Part shown: positions 42,509 to 52,322 of the stretch, piece by piece
Position numbering within the stretch: the first letter of the stretch is position 1
Layout: each line of letters begins with the position of its first letter
Assembly: GCA_963818475.1 (NCBI GenBank)
Contig: CAWFSF010000005.1
Coordinates: 128,001 to 192,000 of the forward strand
Origin: Nitrospirota bacterium
Lineage (GTDB): Bacteria; Nitrospirota; UBA9217
Length of the DNA stretch: 64,000 bases
Direction: 5' to 3'
Position numbers and translations under genes: made by a program
The notes under the pieces: generated by a model
What the model was told of the DNA's origin: nothing
Seen by the model: only the letters and a program-made list of their open reading frames with translations
Databases searched by the model: none

Positions 42509-42576
42509 CTAAAGGAGGTGAAAAAAATGGCAACTAATCTGGCAGTATATGGTATAAAGACGGTCCAATATGAAGA

Positions 42577-42732
42577 ATTTACAACGTCACCTGCCGTGGC
42601 AATGAGCGTAAAGACATCTACAAAGACGCCGACCGAGAGCGCTTCCTCCGGATCCTGAATCAGTCCGTCAACATCTACAGCGTCAAGCTTTGCAGTTATG
42701 TCCTCATGCCCAACCACTTTCATCTTCTCCTG
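42577..42732 (+). pseudogene. REP-associated tyrosine transposase (Y1_Tnp/RAYT) internal fragment
   Basis: Manual translation: IYNVTCRGNERKDIY...CSYVLMPNHFHLLL (HUH motif). Confidence 0.85.
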
Positions 42733-42838
42733 ACCTGCGCACCTAGGCGATTGGCGGTAGGATAGGCGAAGCTGGTGTTCTCTTCTTTCATTTTTATCGG
42801 ACGCACCTCGATCCTTGCGGTTGTCCCAAGACCTCTTA

Positions 42839-42925
42839 GGGTCAGTCTCGCGGCTTGACATTTCCCCTTTCGTCAGCTATTTTTTTATCATGTCCCGTCC
42901 CCTCCGCATCGAATATCCTGGCGGA
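42839..42925 (+). pseudogene. RAYT left end plus first 12 codons
   Basis: GGGTCAG...TTGACATTTCCCCTTTCG...ATG, then MSRPLRIEYPGG. Confidence 0.7.
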
Positions 42926-42999
42926 CCTTTAGGGTCTCAGTGTCTTGCTGCGGCAGTTGCCTGCTGAAAGCAGCAGCGAGATGAGCGAAACGCTGTGAC

Positions 43000-43032
43000 G
43001 GTGATTTCCAATCAGGGGTGATTTCCAATCAG
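43000..43032. promoter_or_regulatory. Tandem palindromic sites upstream of cytochrome c
   Basis: GGTGATTTCCAATCAG occurs twice with a 17-bp period; each copy is TGATT-N3-AATCA. Confidence 0.45.
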
Positions 43033-43070
43033 TTTGATCCCATCTCAATCAGGAAAGGAGGTGAGAACAA

Positions 43071-43457
43071 ATGAATTCAGTAAAGATCATTGCGGCCGTT
43101 ATTGTTGTGCTTTTCGTAGCGTCCTCTCTCGTAATAGCCAAACAGCACAAGCCGGAAGAACGCGGCAAGACCCTATTCAATGATACGAAGCTCGGTACAG
43201 CGGGAAATTCCTGCAATACTTGCCATCCGGATGGCAAAGGCCTTCTTGGCGTCGGTGACAAAAAAGGCTGGAAGACCCCGGGCGGCGAGTTCAAAACGCT
43301 GGAAGAGGCCGTGAACACCTGCATCACTATGGCCCTCAAGGGCACAGCCCTGGATGTCAAATCAGAGCAGATGAAAGATATCGTAGCCTACCTCAAGTCG
43401 CTAAAAGGCTCCGGCGCCGCGGCGCCGGCAAAAAAGAAAGCCCCGGTAGGCTGCTAA
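43071..43457 (+). CDS. Monoheme c-type cytochrome
   Basis: Signal peptide, GKTLFND, CNTCH and IVAYLKSL. Confidence 0.9.
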   Translation: MNSVKIIAAVIVVLFVASSLVIAKQHKPEERGKTLFNDTKLGTAGNSCNTCHPDGKGLLGVGDKKGWKTPGGEFKTLEEAVNTCITMALKGTALDVKSEQMKDIVAYLKSLKGSGAAAPAKKKAPVGC

Positions 43458-43546
43458 AGAGCGTTTGGGCAGACTCGACTTCTTGACTTGTTGTTCCCTG
43501 CCCCAACTATCCCGATTATTGCGGCACGTCTCTCAGTGAAATAGCA

Positions 43547-43572
43547 AAGGCCCGGGAATCTCCCGGGCCTTC
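43547..43572. terminator. Terminator between convergent cytochrome genes
   Basis: AAGGCCCGGGA/TCCCGGGCCTT hairpin. Confidence 0.75.
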
Positions 43573-43627
43573 TTGTTTTCTACGCTTCCTGTACCTCTGA
43601 GCCGGTCTGGGTCTCGCGACCGTCAGC

Positions 43628-44626
43628 CTAGTGAAGAAAGGCCTTCGGGCTCCTATATTCATGGCAGGTCACACAGACTTTCTTGGCCTGCTCATCCGTT
43701 ACTTTCCAAACATGGGGCTTGTGGCACTCCTTGCACTTCATGCCGGTATCCTTAACATGGGTCTTGTGTTTGCCGACCGTCAGGATATTTTTATGGCACG
43801 AGAGGCAGTTGCCCCAGTCAGGCCGTGCGGATTTGTGCGGCTTGTGGCACTCGTAGCAGTTGAACTGCATGGGCCCGTTTTCCGGCCGGTCGATCTTGAT
43901 CGCACGCTGGATCGTTTTTTCGTCGGGCTGGAAATGGGTGACATCGAGTGTCGCGTCAGCCAGCAGTTCTTTCCGGTATTTTTCTGCGCCATGGCAGTAG
44001 AGGCACTTCTTTATTCCCGGCTTGAGGTCCTTGGTCCTGTCGGTATGGCAATTGAGGCACGCAAGCTTCTCCATCCCTGTTCCGTGCACTTCCCGGTCCT
44101 TGTGGCAGGTCAGACAATACCGTTCCTCAAGGCTGAACTGGTGGGTCCGGTAGCCGTGGCATTTGGTACACTCGATCTTTTCCATAAAGACATGCTTTGC
44201 GTGGTATCTCGAATTGGCTATGCTCGGCGCGTTCGGCTCTTTATCGTTCTTTTCCCAATGGCAGGAAAAGCATGTCTTCCACGGCACGATAACTTCACCG
44301 TGCCGGGGTGAAACCTTGTTGTGACCGAGCACGGCAAAAGCAAAGACCTGTTTCATCTGGTCGGCCTTGGTGGAATGGTGGCACTCATGGCAGTTTACTC
44401 CATGATGTACGCTCTTCGACCATGCAACGTTTGCTTCATCATGCACATGACAGGTGCCGCATGCCTTGGGATTGTTCTCGAAATAATCGTTGATCAGGTA
44501 GGCGGTAACGAGTGACCCTATTGAGAACAGGATCAAGACTACGATGATAATGATCCTGGCCCTGCTTGAAATACCGGTGTTGAACCAATCACTTATTCTT
44601 TTGATAATTGACATTGGACTGAACAT
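43628..44626 (-). CDS. Membrane-anchored multiheme cytochrome c (11 CxxCH; NapC/NirT-like N-terminus)
   Basis: N-terminal TM; CGTCH, CHECH, CFSCH, CTKCH, CLTCH, CLNCH, CLYCH, CYECH, CLSCH, CKECH, CVTCH. Confidence 0.93.
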   Translation of the reverse strand: MFSPMSIIKRISDWFNTGISSRARIIIIVVLILFSIGSLVTAYLINDYFENNPKACGTCHVHDEANVAWSKSVHHGVNCHECHHSTKADQMKQVFAFAVLGHNKVSPRHGEVIVPWKTCFSCHWEKNDKEPNAPSIANSRYHAKHVFMEKIECTKCHGYRTHQFSLEERYCLTCHKDREVHGTGMEKLACLNCHTDRTKDLKPGIKKCLYCHGAEKYRKELLADATLDVTHFQPDEKTIQRAIKIDRPENGPMQFNCYECHKPHKSARPDWGNCLSCHKNILTVGKHKTHVKDTGMKCKECHKPHVWKVTDEQAKKVCVTCHEYRSPKAFLH

Positions 44627-44922
44627 GAAAAAAGCCTCCCCCTAAGATCTGCTGAATTTTTTACAGCTGTGCGATTTTTTCGAACTCTGCTTATCGTTCC
44701 ATCTGGAGAAATGCAAAAAGATGTACTTTTGTGACCTAATATTATCTACCTTGGAATAAAATGCAACTAAAATCTTAAATATTTCCTGCCTGCATTTTGC
44801 AACAGTTGTGCGCAAAAGGACATCCGAAGTCTATGCTGTTGTCCTTCAACCCGATTCGTGATATACAGTTATTCTCACCCGGCAGCCGAGGGTGTGATCT
44901 TGCGAGATTCGAGGATCGATCA

Positions 44923-45357
44923 ATGAACGATAAAGACCAGGCAATTGCGTGTTTTAAGCAAGGCTTCAGTTGAACCCAGGCCGTGCTTTCGACGTATGGC
45001 CAACGGTTCGGTCTGGACCGCGAAACGGGATTACGCATAGCAGGAGCATTTGGCGCGGGCATGGCACGGACGGGAGAAACCTGCGGGGCAGTGACCGGCG
45101 CGCTCATGGTCATCGGGCTCAAGCACGCCAAGACGCGTCCCGACGACGATGATTCCCGTGAACTGTCCTACGCCCTGGCGCAGGAGTTCATGGACGCGTT
45201 CAGGGAGAGGAACAAGTCGCTTTTGTGCCGCGAGCTTCTGAGCGTTGACGTGAGCACGCCGGAAGGCATGGCTGTGGTGCGCGAGAAGAACCTCTTCGCA
45301 GCGATCTGCCCACGGTTCGTGCAGGAATCGGCGGAGCTGCTTGAAAAACTGTTGTAG
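44923..45357 (+). CDS. C-GCAxxG-C-C family redox (seleno)protein, Sec at TGA 44971-44973
   Basis: ATG 44923 gives MNDKDQAIACFKQGFS-U-TQAVL, in frame with ETCGAVTGA, LLCREL and ICPRF. The TGA sits at the family's first conserved Cys (GFNCAQAV). Confidence 0.85.
45004..45020 (+). other. Putative bacterial SECIS hairpin
   Basis: CGGTTC-GGTCT-GGACCG; the loop starts 36 nt after UGA and the GGUCU loop resembles the E. coli fdhF SECIS. Confidence 0.6.
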
Positions 45358-45458
45358 CTTCTTTTCTGACGGTGCTTCAAGATCAAGAGCGCCTTCGCAG
45401 GCGCTCTCGCGCGGCTGGCTGATTTCCTGTTTCCCCAAAAAGTATTCAGCTCCCTGTC

Positions 45459-45836
45459 CTAGGCTGGCTTGAGCAGCCGATTGACCGTGTTCAGGAGGTC
45501 CCCGGTCTTGACCGGCTTCGATACATAGGCGTTTGCGCCGACCGCCATCCCCGCCTTCCGGTCATCCTCGGCGCCTTCGGTCGTGATCACGATGATCGGC
45601 AAATCCTTGTACTTCGGATCGTTCCGCATCATCGAGACCAGCTTGAGGCCGTCCATGATCGGCATGTTGATGTCCGTCAGGACCAGGGAAAATTCCTGAA
45701 CCGAAAGCTTCTTGAGGGCATCGACGCCGTCGTTCGCTTCGACGATCTTGCTTCCCGGGATCCGCTTTAGGGAGAAGGAGATAAGCTGGCGCATCGTGGG
45801 TGAATCATCAACAACGAGAAACGTGTAATCGGGCAT
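45459..45836 (-). CDS. CheY-like response regulator
   Basis: VVDDS, LTDINMPIMDG, ITT and KP motifs. Confidence 0.93.
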   Translation of the reverse strand: MPDYTFLVVDDSPTMRQLISFSLKRIPGSKIVEANDGVDALKKLSVQEFSLVLTDINMPIMDGLKLVSMMRNDPKYKDLPIIVITTEGAEDDRKAGMAVGANAYVSKPVKTGDLLNTVNRLLKPA

Positions 45837-46310
45837 TTCCGGTCCTCTCTTTATTGCAATGCTATTGACACAATTACTGCGCCCACTCCAGCCGTAGAGA
45901 GCGGGAGAAACACCCTCACAATGCTGCACAAAGCGCAGGTTGCAACTTTTCTGTTTTGTATTGCCCCGCGGAGTCCGAGGACAGGCGGAATGAAATGGTC
46001 ACTGCTCTAATGATTAAAGCAGTGTCGTGTATGAATTGGTTGATTATAGGGATATGCACTCTTTTGTCAAGGCTGCTGATGGGGTAATGAGGACCGGGGC
46101 TCGTGCAGGGTTCTGGGGGACTTTGGGGACAAGCGTGTTGCAGGGGACAACTGAGCGTTGTTTTTATCATTTTCAGGGTCTACGCGCCGGGGCGTAGAAT
46201 TGTCGCCGAACATCGCAAGATCAAAAAGAAGGAAGTCCATTGCCACAAAATATCGTTTTATGATACTCTTGAAAGGAGACGTTAGGGATAACGGAAGGAG
46301 AGGATGAGCC

Positions 46311-46598
46311 ATGGCAGACCGTGACATCATGCAGGAGATCGAGGAGTTGAAAAAACAGCTGCAGGCACTCCAGGCAGCCAAAGGCCGGGCAGGCGCGCAG
46401 GCATCCTCGGAGGAGCCGGAACAGAAACTGCGGGAAGAGACCGGAGAGGCGGGAACCTGGCTCCGGGACTTGATCAAGCAGGCCGAGGAACTGATGGGCG
46501 GTCTCGACCTTCAGTTCAAGGACGTGCCGGCCAAGACAGCACTCGTGATTTTTTCGCTCGGTGTCCTGATGGGTCGGCTGCTCAGCCGCAGGGGGTAG
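46311..46598 (+). CDS. Small C-terminally anchored protein (DUF883/ElaB-like)
   Basis: Coiled N-terminus with C-terminal TM PAKTALVIFSLGVLMGRLL. Confidence 0.75.
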   Translation: MADRDIMQEIEELKKQLQALQAAKGRAGAQASSEEPEQKLREETGEAGTWLRDLIKQAEELMGGLDLQFKDVPAKTALVIFSLGVLMGRLLSRRG

Positions 46599-46602
46599 AA
46601 GT

Positions 46603-47091
46603 ATGGATGAGTTTCTGATAAAGATGCGCCTCTTGCTGAAGGCGGAGATGATCCTGTTCCGCCTCCAACTGCGCCGCACCGTTCAGCAGGCCGCGTTCTA
46701 CATCGCCGCCGCTCTTCTGGCCGTTCTGGCCGCGGGGATGCTGAATATCGCCCTCTATCTGTATCTCGCACCGCGTCTTGATAATGCAGGTGCTGCTCTC
46801 GCGGTTGCCATAGTCGATATCGTGCTGGCCGTGGCGGCGGTCGTTGTTGCCGGCCGTCTGCACCTTGGCCCCGAAGTTGATGCCGTGAAGGCCCTGCGCG
46901 AGGCCGCGCTGGCGGAGCTTACTGCTGATGCGGAGCGTGTAAAGACCCAGATCGCAGACCTGCACGACGATATCAAGGGGATTCGTACCGCAGTGAACGG
47001 CTTTCTGGGCTTTGGCGGCGTCGATCTTACCTCGTTGTTCCAGTGGGTGCCGGTGTTGCTCCGCGTCCTGTCGCGGCGAAAGGAACCGTGA
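46603..47091 (+). CDS. Phage-holin-like (YqjE-type) membrane protein
   Basis: Two central TM helices; gene pair with the ElaB-like ORF. Confidence 0.7.
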   Translation: MDEFLIKMRLLLKAEMILFRLQLRRTVQQAAFYIAAALLAVLAAGMLNIALYLYLAPRLDNAGAALAVAIVDIVLAVAAVVVAGRLHLGPEVDAVKALREAALAELTADAERVKTQIADLHDDIKGIRTAVNGFLGFGGVDLTSLFQWVPVLLRVLSRRKEP

Positions 47092-47110
47092 TTTCTCTGC
47101 TTGCTTTCCC

Positions 47111-48385
47111 TTACCTAAAAAACATCGAGGCGCTCAATCCCAGTCCGTAGGCAACGCTCGTAAAGGCGTCGCGGTGCTGCATCTTTTCCGGGCCGAACCG
47201 CTGCACGAACAGGTCCTTGACGCAGGGGATATGGGATGTTCCTCCGGTGGTAAAAACAACGTCAATGTCCTCGGGCGTCAGGCCGGCCTTCTGCACCGTC
47301 TCGTCGATGCACGCCGCGATCTTCGCGGTATGGCCCTGGATGGCCGCTTCGAATTCCTTCCGATCAACAGGCTCTTTGATCTCCAGGCCCTGCTCCCGGA
47401 AAAATATCATCGACTTCTCATAGGAAGACAGTTCGATCTTGGCTTTTTCGAGCGCCTGGAAAAGCAGGAACCCGTTATTGTCCTCGATCAGGTTTTCGAG
47501 GTTCGTGATGGCAGCGGGGTCGTCAGCCGTCATTTTTATGCGGCTGGAGGGCCTCCCTGACGCTGTTCGTCCGGAGCTGCGGGATCAGGTGCCAGTTGAT
47601 CAGCTTGAACGTGATGGGGCTCGGCATGTCCAGCGTCTGGCCGGTCATGCTTTTATACCGCACTTCCTTGCCGAAGTATTTGGCAACCTTCTCCCACATG
47701 AGCCGGGAATCAAAGGCATCGCCCGCGATGGTAGACCCCGCCCAGGGAGAGCACGTCCTTTATCCGGTCCGGCTGTCCGGACTTGCCTCCCGTCAGCTTG
47801 ATGACCGTAAAATCAGAGGTGCCTCCGCCGAAGTCGCCGATAAGGACGATCTTTTCCGCGCCTTTTTGCCAGGCTGTTCTCGAACGTCAAGGCGGCGGCA
47901 ACCGGCTCCATCTGAAACGCCACGTGTTTGAAGCCGGCGATCTCGGCGGCCCTTTTCAGCCTGCCTTCCGCCAGAATGTCCTTGTTCCTGTCCTCGGAAA
48001 AGACAACAGGCCTTCCCATGACCACATCCGGCACTTCGTGGCCCACGAATTCTTCTCCCCGTTGTTTGACGGTCTTCAGGATCAGGGCGATCATATCTTC
48101 CAGTTCGTACCGTTTCCCGTTGATGTATGTGTATTCAAAGGCCGCGCTCGGCAGAAAGGTCTTGATCGACTGCATGAATCTTCCCTGACCGCCCTGTTCT
48201 ATGTACTGCAGGATGGCTTCCTGGCCCAGATAAAAGCCGTTTTCCCGGTCCACAAAGATCACGGACCGCATGGTCTTTTCCGTAAGGTTGTGCGGATCGA
48301 TATCGATCACTTCCGTGCTGCCCTGGGAATTTACGGAAAGTGCTGAGTTGGTAGTTCCAAAATCCAGTCCAAAAACCGTGCGCAT
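47111..48385 (-). CDS. Hsp70-family protein, YegD-like (several frameshifts)
   Basis: GLDFGTTNS, VMGRPV, EPVAAA, DFGGGTSDF (other frame), TGGTSHIP and FTSVAYGL. Confidence 0.88.
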
Positions 48386-48542
48386 ATAATCATTCCTTAT
48401 GCCGAAGCTGCATTGATCCGAAGCCCCAAAATACTCATTTCGTGAGTGCCTGTCCAGATAAAAAACTTTGAACCTCTTACATAATCACCCTGCGTTAGAA
48501 TACCTTTGTATCATCAGGCCGTGCCCCTGATCCCCCACTTTA

Positions 48543-48572
48543 TTGACAACACAACTTTCCCATGCTACGTTT
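48543..48572 (+). promoter_or_regulatory. Sigma70-type promoter of the HiPIP gene
   Basis: TTGACA-17 bp-TACGTT with an extended TG. Confidence 0.55.
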
Positions 48573-48687
48573 TTTTCATGTACAGATGGTAATTTCGCCG
48601 CAGCCGTAGCGGAGTTAGTAGCTCGATCCGATGAGGTCAATGACTCTGGAGATGACTGGAAATAACTAAAGAAGGAGGAAACACAAA

Positions 48688-48969
48688 ATGAACGAAGACC
48701 TGGACAAAATGATTTCTCGCCGCACACTGCTTAAAGGCGCTGCTGCAGTAACAGGCGTCGCACTCGTATCTGCTTTCGCCGGCGCACAAGCTGCAAAGTC
48801 GACCAAAGCCGTAGCGAAGTACCAAAACAAACCGAATGGCGATCAGAAATGCAGCAATTGCAGCCTCTTCATCCCCGGCAAGACGCCAACAGCCGATGGC
48901 ACCTGTCAGGTAGTGGAGGGTTCGATCAGTCCAGAGGCCTACTGTGCCTTGTATGTCAAGAAATCCTAG
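48688..48969 (+). CDS. High-potential iron-sulfur protein (HiPIP/Iro-like), Tat-exported
   Basis: SRRTLLK Tat signal; YQ...CSNC...C-x-x-VEG-x-I-SPEAYC four-Cys pattern. Confidence 0.92.
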   Translation: MNEDLDKMISRRTLLKGAAAVTGVALVSAFAGAQAAKSTKAVAKYQNKPNGDQKCSNCSLFIPGKTPTADGTCQVVEGSISPEAYCALYVKKS

Positions 48970-49189
48970 CCGGTAGGTTGGGCAAAACGTCTCGCCTTGT
49001 CCAGCAAAATTCACAGAATCATAGAACGCGAGGATGACGTTGTTTCATGCGTTGCGTGGCGTCTCACCCCTTCCATTTCTTCAGATTGCGAACATACCTC
49101 ATCCTGGTAAAAGCGAATAGGATGAAAAGCGGACTACGCTGCCGCCTGCAGTTCCAGGGATTCTGCCATTGCCGTACAGGAGGATTGCC

Positions 49190-50557
49190 ATGGACATGTC
49201 ACGACGCGAAGTATTGAAACTTTTCGCTCTGGCCACGGCCGCAGCCGCAGCCGACCCCCGGTTCATCTGGGCGGAGACATCCGGAGCAGACATCGAACCG
49301 CTTGACCGCGTGTTCATCGCGAACGAGGACTCGAACACCATAAGCGTGATCGATCCGCGGAGCAACACGGTCGATACGACGATCAATCTCACCAGTTTCG
49401 ACGAGGACCCGCGGCCGCCCTTCCGGTTCGTCACCGGCGGGGTCCAGCCCACTCACGCCGCCATGATCCACAAACCGCTGTATCACGGCTGCATCGACGC
49501 ACACGGCGTCGTGCCTTCACCCGACGGCAGAATGCTTGCCACGAGCGGCCGGGGGAGCAGCAACGTGTATTTGATCGACACGCTCGCCAAAAAGGTGATC
49601 GGCAACGCGCCTAATCCGCTCGGGGGCGCGTCCACGAACCCGGAGCGCATCTCGAGCGGCATCCTCGTCGGCCGGGAACCCCATGAGCCGACGTTCACGC
49701 GGAATGGGAAGGAGTTGTGGGTCACTGTTCGCGGCGAGGACCGGATCGCGATTCTGACGACCGACGCGGCAGTAAAACAGGCAGGGGGCGCGGCCGCCGG
49801 AGCGGTGCGCGAATACCTGCCGACCATCAACGGTCCGGCACAGGTATGGTTTTCCGCGGACGGCGGCCTGGCCTTTGTGGTGAGCCAGAAGGTGCCGAAG
49901 GTGGATGTGTTCTCGGTCTATGTTGATGAGAAAGGCTTTTCGCGGCCGAAGAGGCTGACGACCCTCGACATCGAAAGCCGGGACAAGGCGGGCTTTACGC
50001 CGTTCCAGAAGACGACGCCCGACGGCAGAGAGAACTGGCTTTCGCACAAGCTCGCGGATGCGGTCTCGGTCATAGAAACGAAAGGGCCCTTCCGGGTCCT
50101 TCAGACGATCCCGCTCGGCGACAAGGCAAGACCGAACCACCTGGAGTTCGTGGAGAACAAAAAGGGCAAGGCCGTCTACGTGAGTCTGGCCCGGGTGGAC
50201 GACGGCGGTCCGGGCGGAGCGGCATCGAGCCAGATCGCGATCATTGACCGTTCCGTGGCCCCGGATAAGAGGAAGGTGATTTCCACGTTCTTCACGCACG
50301 GCCGGGAGGCCCATGGGCTCTGGACGAACCCCGCCGGAAACCTGCTCTATGTCGCGCATGAGCAGGATGAACTGCCCGGCACCGCCAACGAGGGGCAGAC
50401 CGTGTGCGCGGCCTTTGACGTGACCAATCCGTTCAAGCCTTCATTCATCGCCCAGATTCCGCTCGGCTCCCTGAAGCTCCCTTCGGGAGAATTGAGAAAC
50501 AAAAAGAGCATCAACCTGGTCTACGTGCGGCCCGGGACAAAGGGGCAGACGGGGTAA
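49190..50557 (+). CDS. Tat-exported YncE/YVTN beta-propeller protein
   Basis: SRREVLK Tat signal; VFIANEDSNTISVID and repeated PH/AHG blades. Confidence 0.88.
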   Translation: MDMSRREVLKLFALATAAAAADPRFIWAETSGADIEPLDRVFIANEDSNTISVIDPRSNTVDTTINLTSFDEDPRPPFRFVTGGVQPTHAAMIHKPLYHGCIDAHGVVPSPDGRMLATSGRGSSNVYLIDTLAKKVIGNAPNPLGGASTNPERISSGILVGREPHEPTFTRNGKELWVTVRGEDRIAILTTDAAVKQAGGAAAGAVREYLPTINGPAQVWFSADGGLAFVVSQKVPKVDVFSVYVDEKGFSRPKRLTTLDIESRDKAGFTPFQKTTPDGRENWLSHKLADAVSVIETKGPFRVLQTIPLGDKARPNHLEFVENKKGKAVYVSLARVDDGGPGGAASSQIAIIDRSVAPDKRKVISTFFTHGREAHGLWTNPAGNLLYVAHEQDELPGTANEGQTVCAAFDVTNPFKPSFIAQIPLGSLKLPSGELRNKKSINLVYVRPGTKGQTG

Positions 50558-50614
50558 CATGGCGCGGAAACCGCAGAACAGAGCCGATTTCGCGAATGCC
50601 GAAAGGAGCTGTTC

Positions 50615-51049
50615 ATGATACGTTTTCTCTATGCTACCCGGACGGCATGCGCCCTTGCGGTTTTATTCGTTTTTGCACTACCCGCCTTTGCGGAGGAGCA
50701 TCGGCATGAGAACTCCGCGTCAGCAAACGCGTTCGGCAAATCCATGCATGAGGGAATGGATACGATGATGCGGGACATGGAGGGAGCGTCGATGACCGGA
50801 GACCCGGACCAGGACTTCCTGGCCATGATGATCCCGCATCATGAGGGCGCCGTGGAAATGGCCCGGCTGGTCCTCATCCACGGCCGGGACCCGCTCGTGC
50901 GTCAGTTGGCCGAGGAGATCATTGCCTCCCAGACTGCCGAGATCGGAGCCATGCGGAAGAGGCTGGCGGTCCTTCGGATCAAGCCTGATCCGGAGCCCGG
51001 CGGCTTTCCCGCCCTGAGGGGGACTCGCGGACCGGCAAAAACCGAATAG
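50615..51049 (+). CDS. DUF305 (CopM-like) Met/His-rich metal-binding protein
   Basis: GDPDQDFLAMMIPHHEGAVEMA and IIASQTAEI. Confidence 0.9.
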   Translation: MIRFLYATRTACALAVLFVFALPAFAEEHRHENSASANAFGKSMHEGMDTMMRDMEGASMTGDPDQDFLAMMIPHHEGAVEMARLVLIHGRDPLVRQLAEEIIASQTAEIGAMRKRLAVLRIKPDPEPGGFPALRGTRGPAKTE

Positions 51050-51143
51050 CGGGGATGAACGTTACATACCGGCTACTTGACATCGATGCATTTAGTGCTT
51101 TCCATTCACTGGTACAACCGCAAGTTCTGCCCCCCACGACGGG

Positions 51144-51256
51144 ACATTGGGGACATCCTATGAAGTGCGTCTTCAAGAAAAACCGTCAGTTATCGTATTG
51201 GAATTTCAGCGAAAGCAAGTTGCACTTGACAAGGGGGTATAGGATGTCCCCAATGT
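51144..51256. mobile_element. REPIN/MITE-like element with perfect 18-bp terminal IR; internal ~95 bp repeated at 59840-59936
   Basis: ACATTGGGGACATCCTAT at 51144-51161 and ATAGGATGTCCCCAATGT at 51239-51256. Confidence 0.8.
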
Positions 51257-51320
51257 TTCCCCTAAATGATCGTTGTGATAGTAACAAGTATTTCATTCCG
51301 CTATCTTCATTAGAGGCTGA

Positions 51321-52253
51321 CTATTCGCGTATCGAATTCCCGAAATCTGGCATCTTCCCTTCATTGATATCTTTTATCCACTTATCAATTTTCCCATCAT
51401 CATACTCCCAGAAGCTTTTGCAGCCAATTAAAAACTCTATAACCGGTTTTTTATAGCCCTCTTTCAGTAAATCTCTCGCAAGAGACATATCAGGCCCAAA
51501 TGTAGCCAGAGTGGCAGAACCTGGGGTTCTCACTGCTTCCAATAGCTCATGAATAGCTTTCTCGGGCCTACCGTCGTTAAGCGCCAATTTTCCTAGCACA
51601 ACGTGACCATCATAGATGGCATTGCCATAGATCGGATCGTCTTTATATCTAGCGGCTATTGTTAATAGTTCTTTCGCATATTTTCCAGCCTCGTCATAAC
51701 GCTTAGACTTGAAACTTATCTTAGCTGCTCGACCTAATACATCGAATCTATCACTCTCTGTCTTTGCTTTATTTAATGCTATCTGTGATTTCTCAAAGTC
51801 GCTTAAGTTTGAGTATGAAATGTTAACGTAGGCCCAATAAGAAATGCCTATTACTACAAGTGCCACTGCAATTAAAAAGAATCTGTTTGGAGCTAAACGA
51901 CTTCTATCCTTGCTGACCTTATAATCGACACCCCACCCAATAGCAGCATATTGAATTGACCCCAATATGGCGAATAAAACAATATATAATGCCATACTGT
52001 CAGGCGCGAGAATCTGTATTAGTAAAGAAACCGGCAAATCGACAGTTTCGACAGGAATCCAAAACAGTTGGTGCTGCGCAACCATTGGCCCCGTGGTATA
52101 AATAATGGACATAATGATAATGAAAAGCAAATGTCCAATGCCGAACGATATTGAATAAAATTTGAAACCCAGTCGTTTTGTAGCGAAAGCTACCAAAACA
52201 ATTGAAGTTGCTAATCCAAGAACCGTATGTAAAAGGCTTAAATTTAACAACAT
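51321..52253 (-). CDS. Membrane protein with TPR-like C-terminal domain; putative immunity protein for the Rhs PLA2-like tip
   Basis: AT-rich, 4-5 TM, YGNAI...LGKLAL...FGPDMSLA; directly downstream of an Rhs tip. Confidence 0.75.
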   Translation of the reverse strand: MLLNLSLLHTVLGLATSIVLVAFATKRLGFKFYSISFGIGHLLFIIIMSIIYTTGPMVAQHQLFWIPVETVDLPVSLLIQILAPDSMALYIVLFAILGSIQYAAIGWGVDYKVSKDRSRLAPNRFFLIAVALVVIGISYWAYVNISYSNLSDFEKSQIALNKAKTESDRFDVLGRAAKISFKSKRYDEAGKYAKELLTIAARYKDDPIYGNAIYDGHVVLGKLALNDGRPEKAIHELLEAVRTPGSATLATFGPDMSLARDLLKEGYKKPVIEFLIGCKSFWEYDDGKIDKWIKDINEGKMPDFGNSIRE

Positions 52254-52322
52254 AATATAAAAACCCTCATAGATGCTTCATGTTGACTATTTTCTATTGA
52301 AGTACATTACAATTATCAGTTT

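Noticed and set aside
46603-47091. Prophage suggested by a holin-like gene
   Set aside because: No other phage genes are present, and pairing with an ElaB-like gene fits a cellular membrane/stress module.
48580-48665. Fluoride-riboswitch-like words (GATGG...TTCGCC...AATGACTC) in the HiPIP leader
   Set aside because: The P1 pairing partner is missing and the downstream gene does not fit. It cannot be supported without an Rfam scan.
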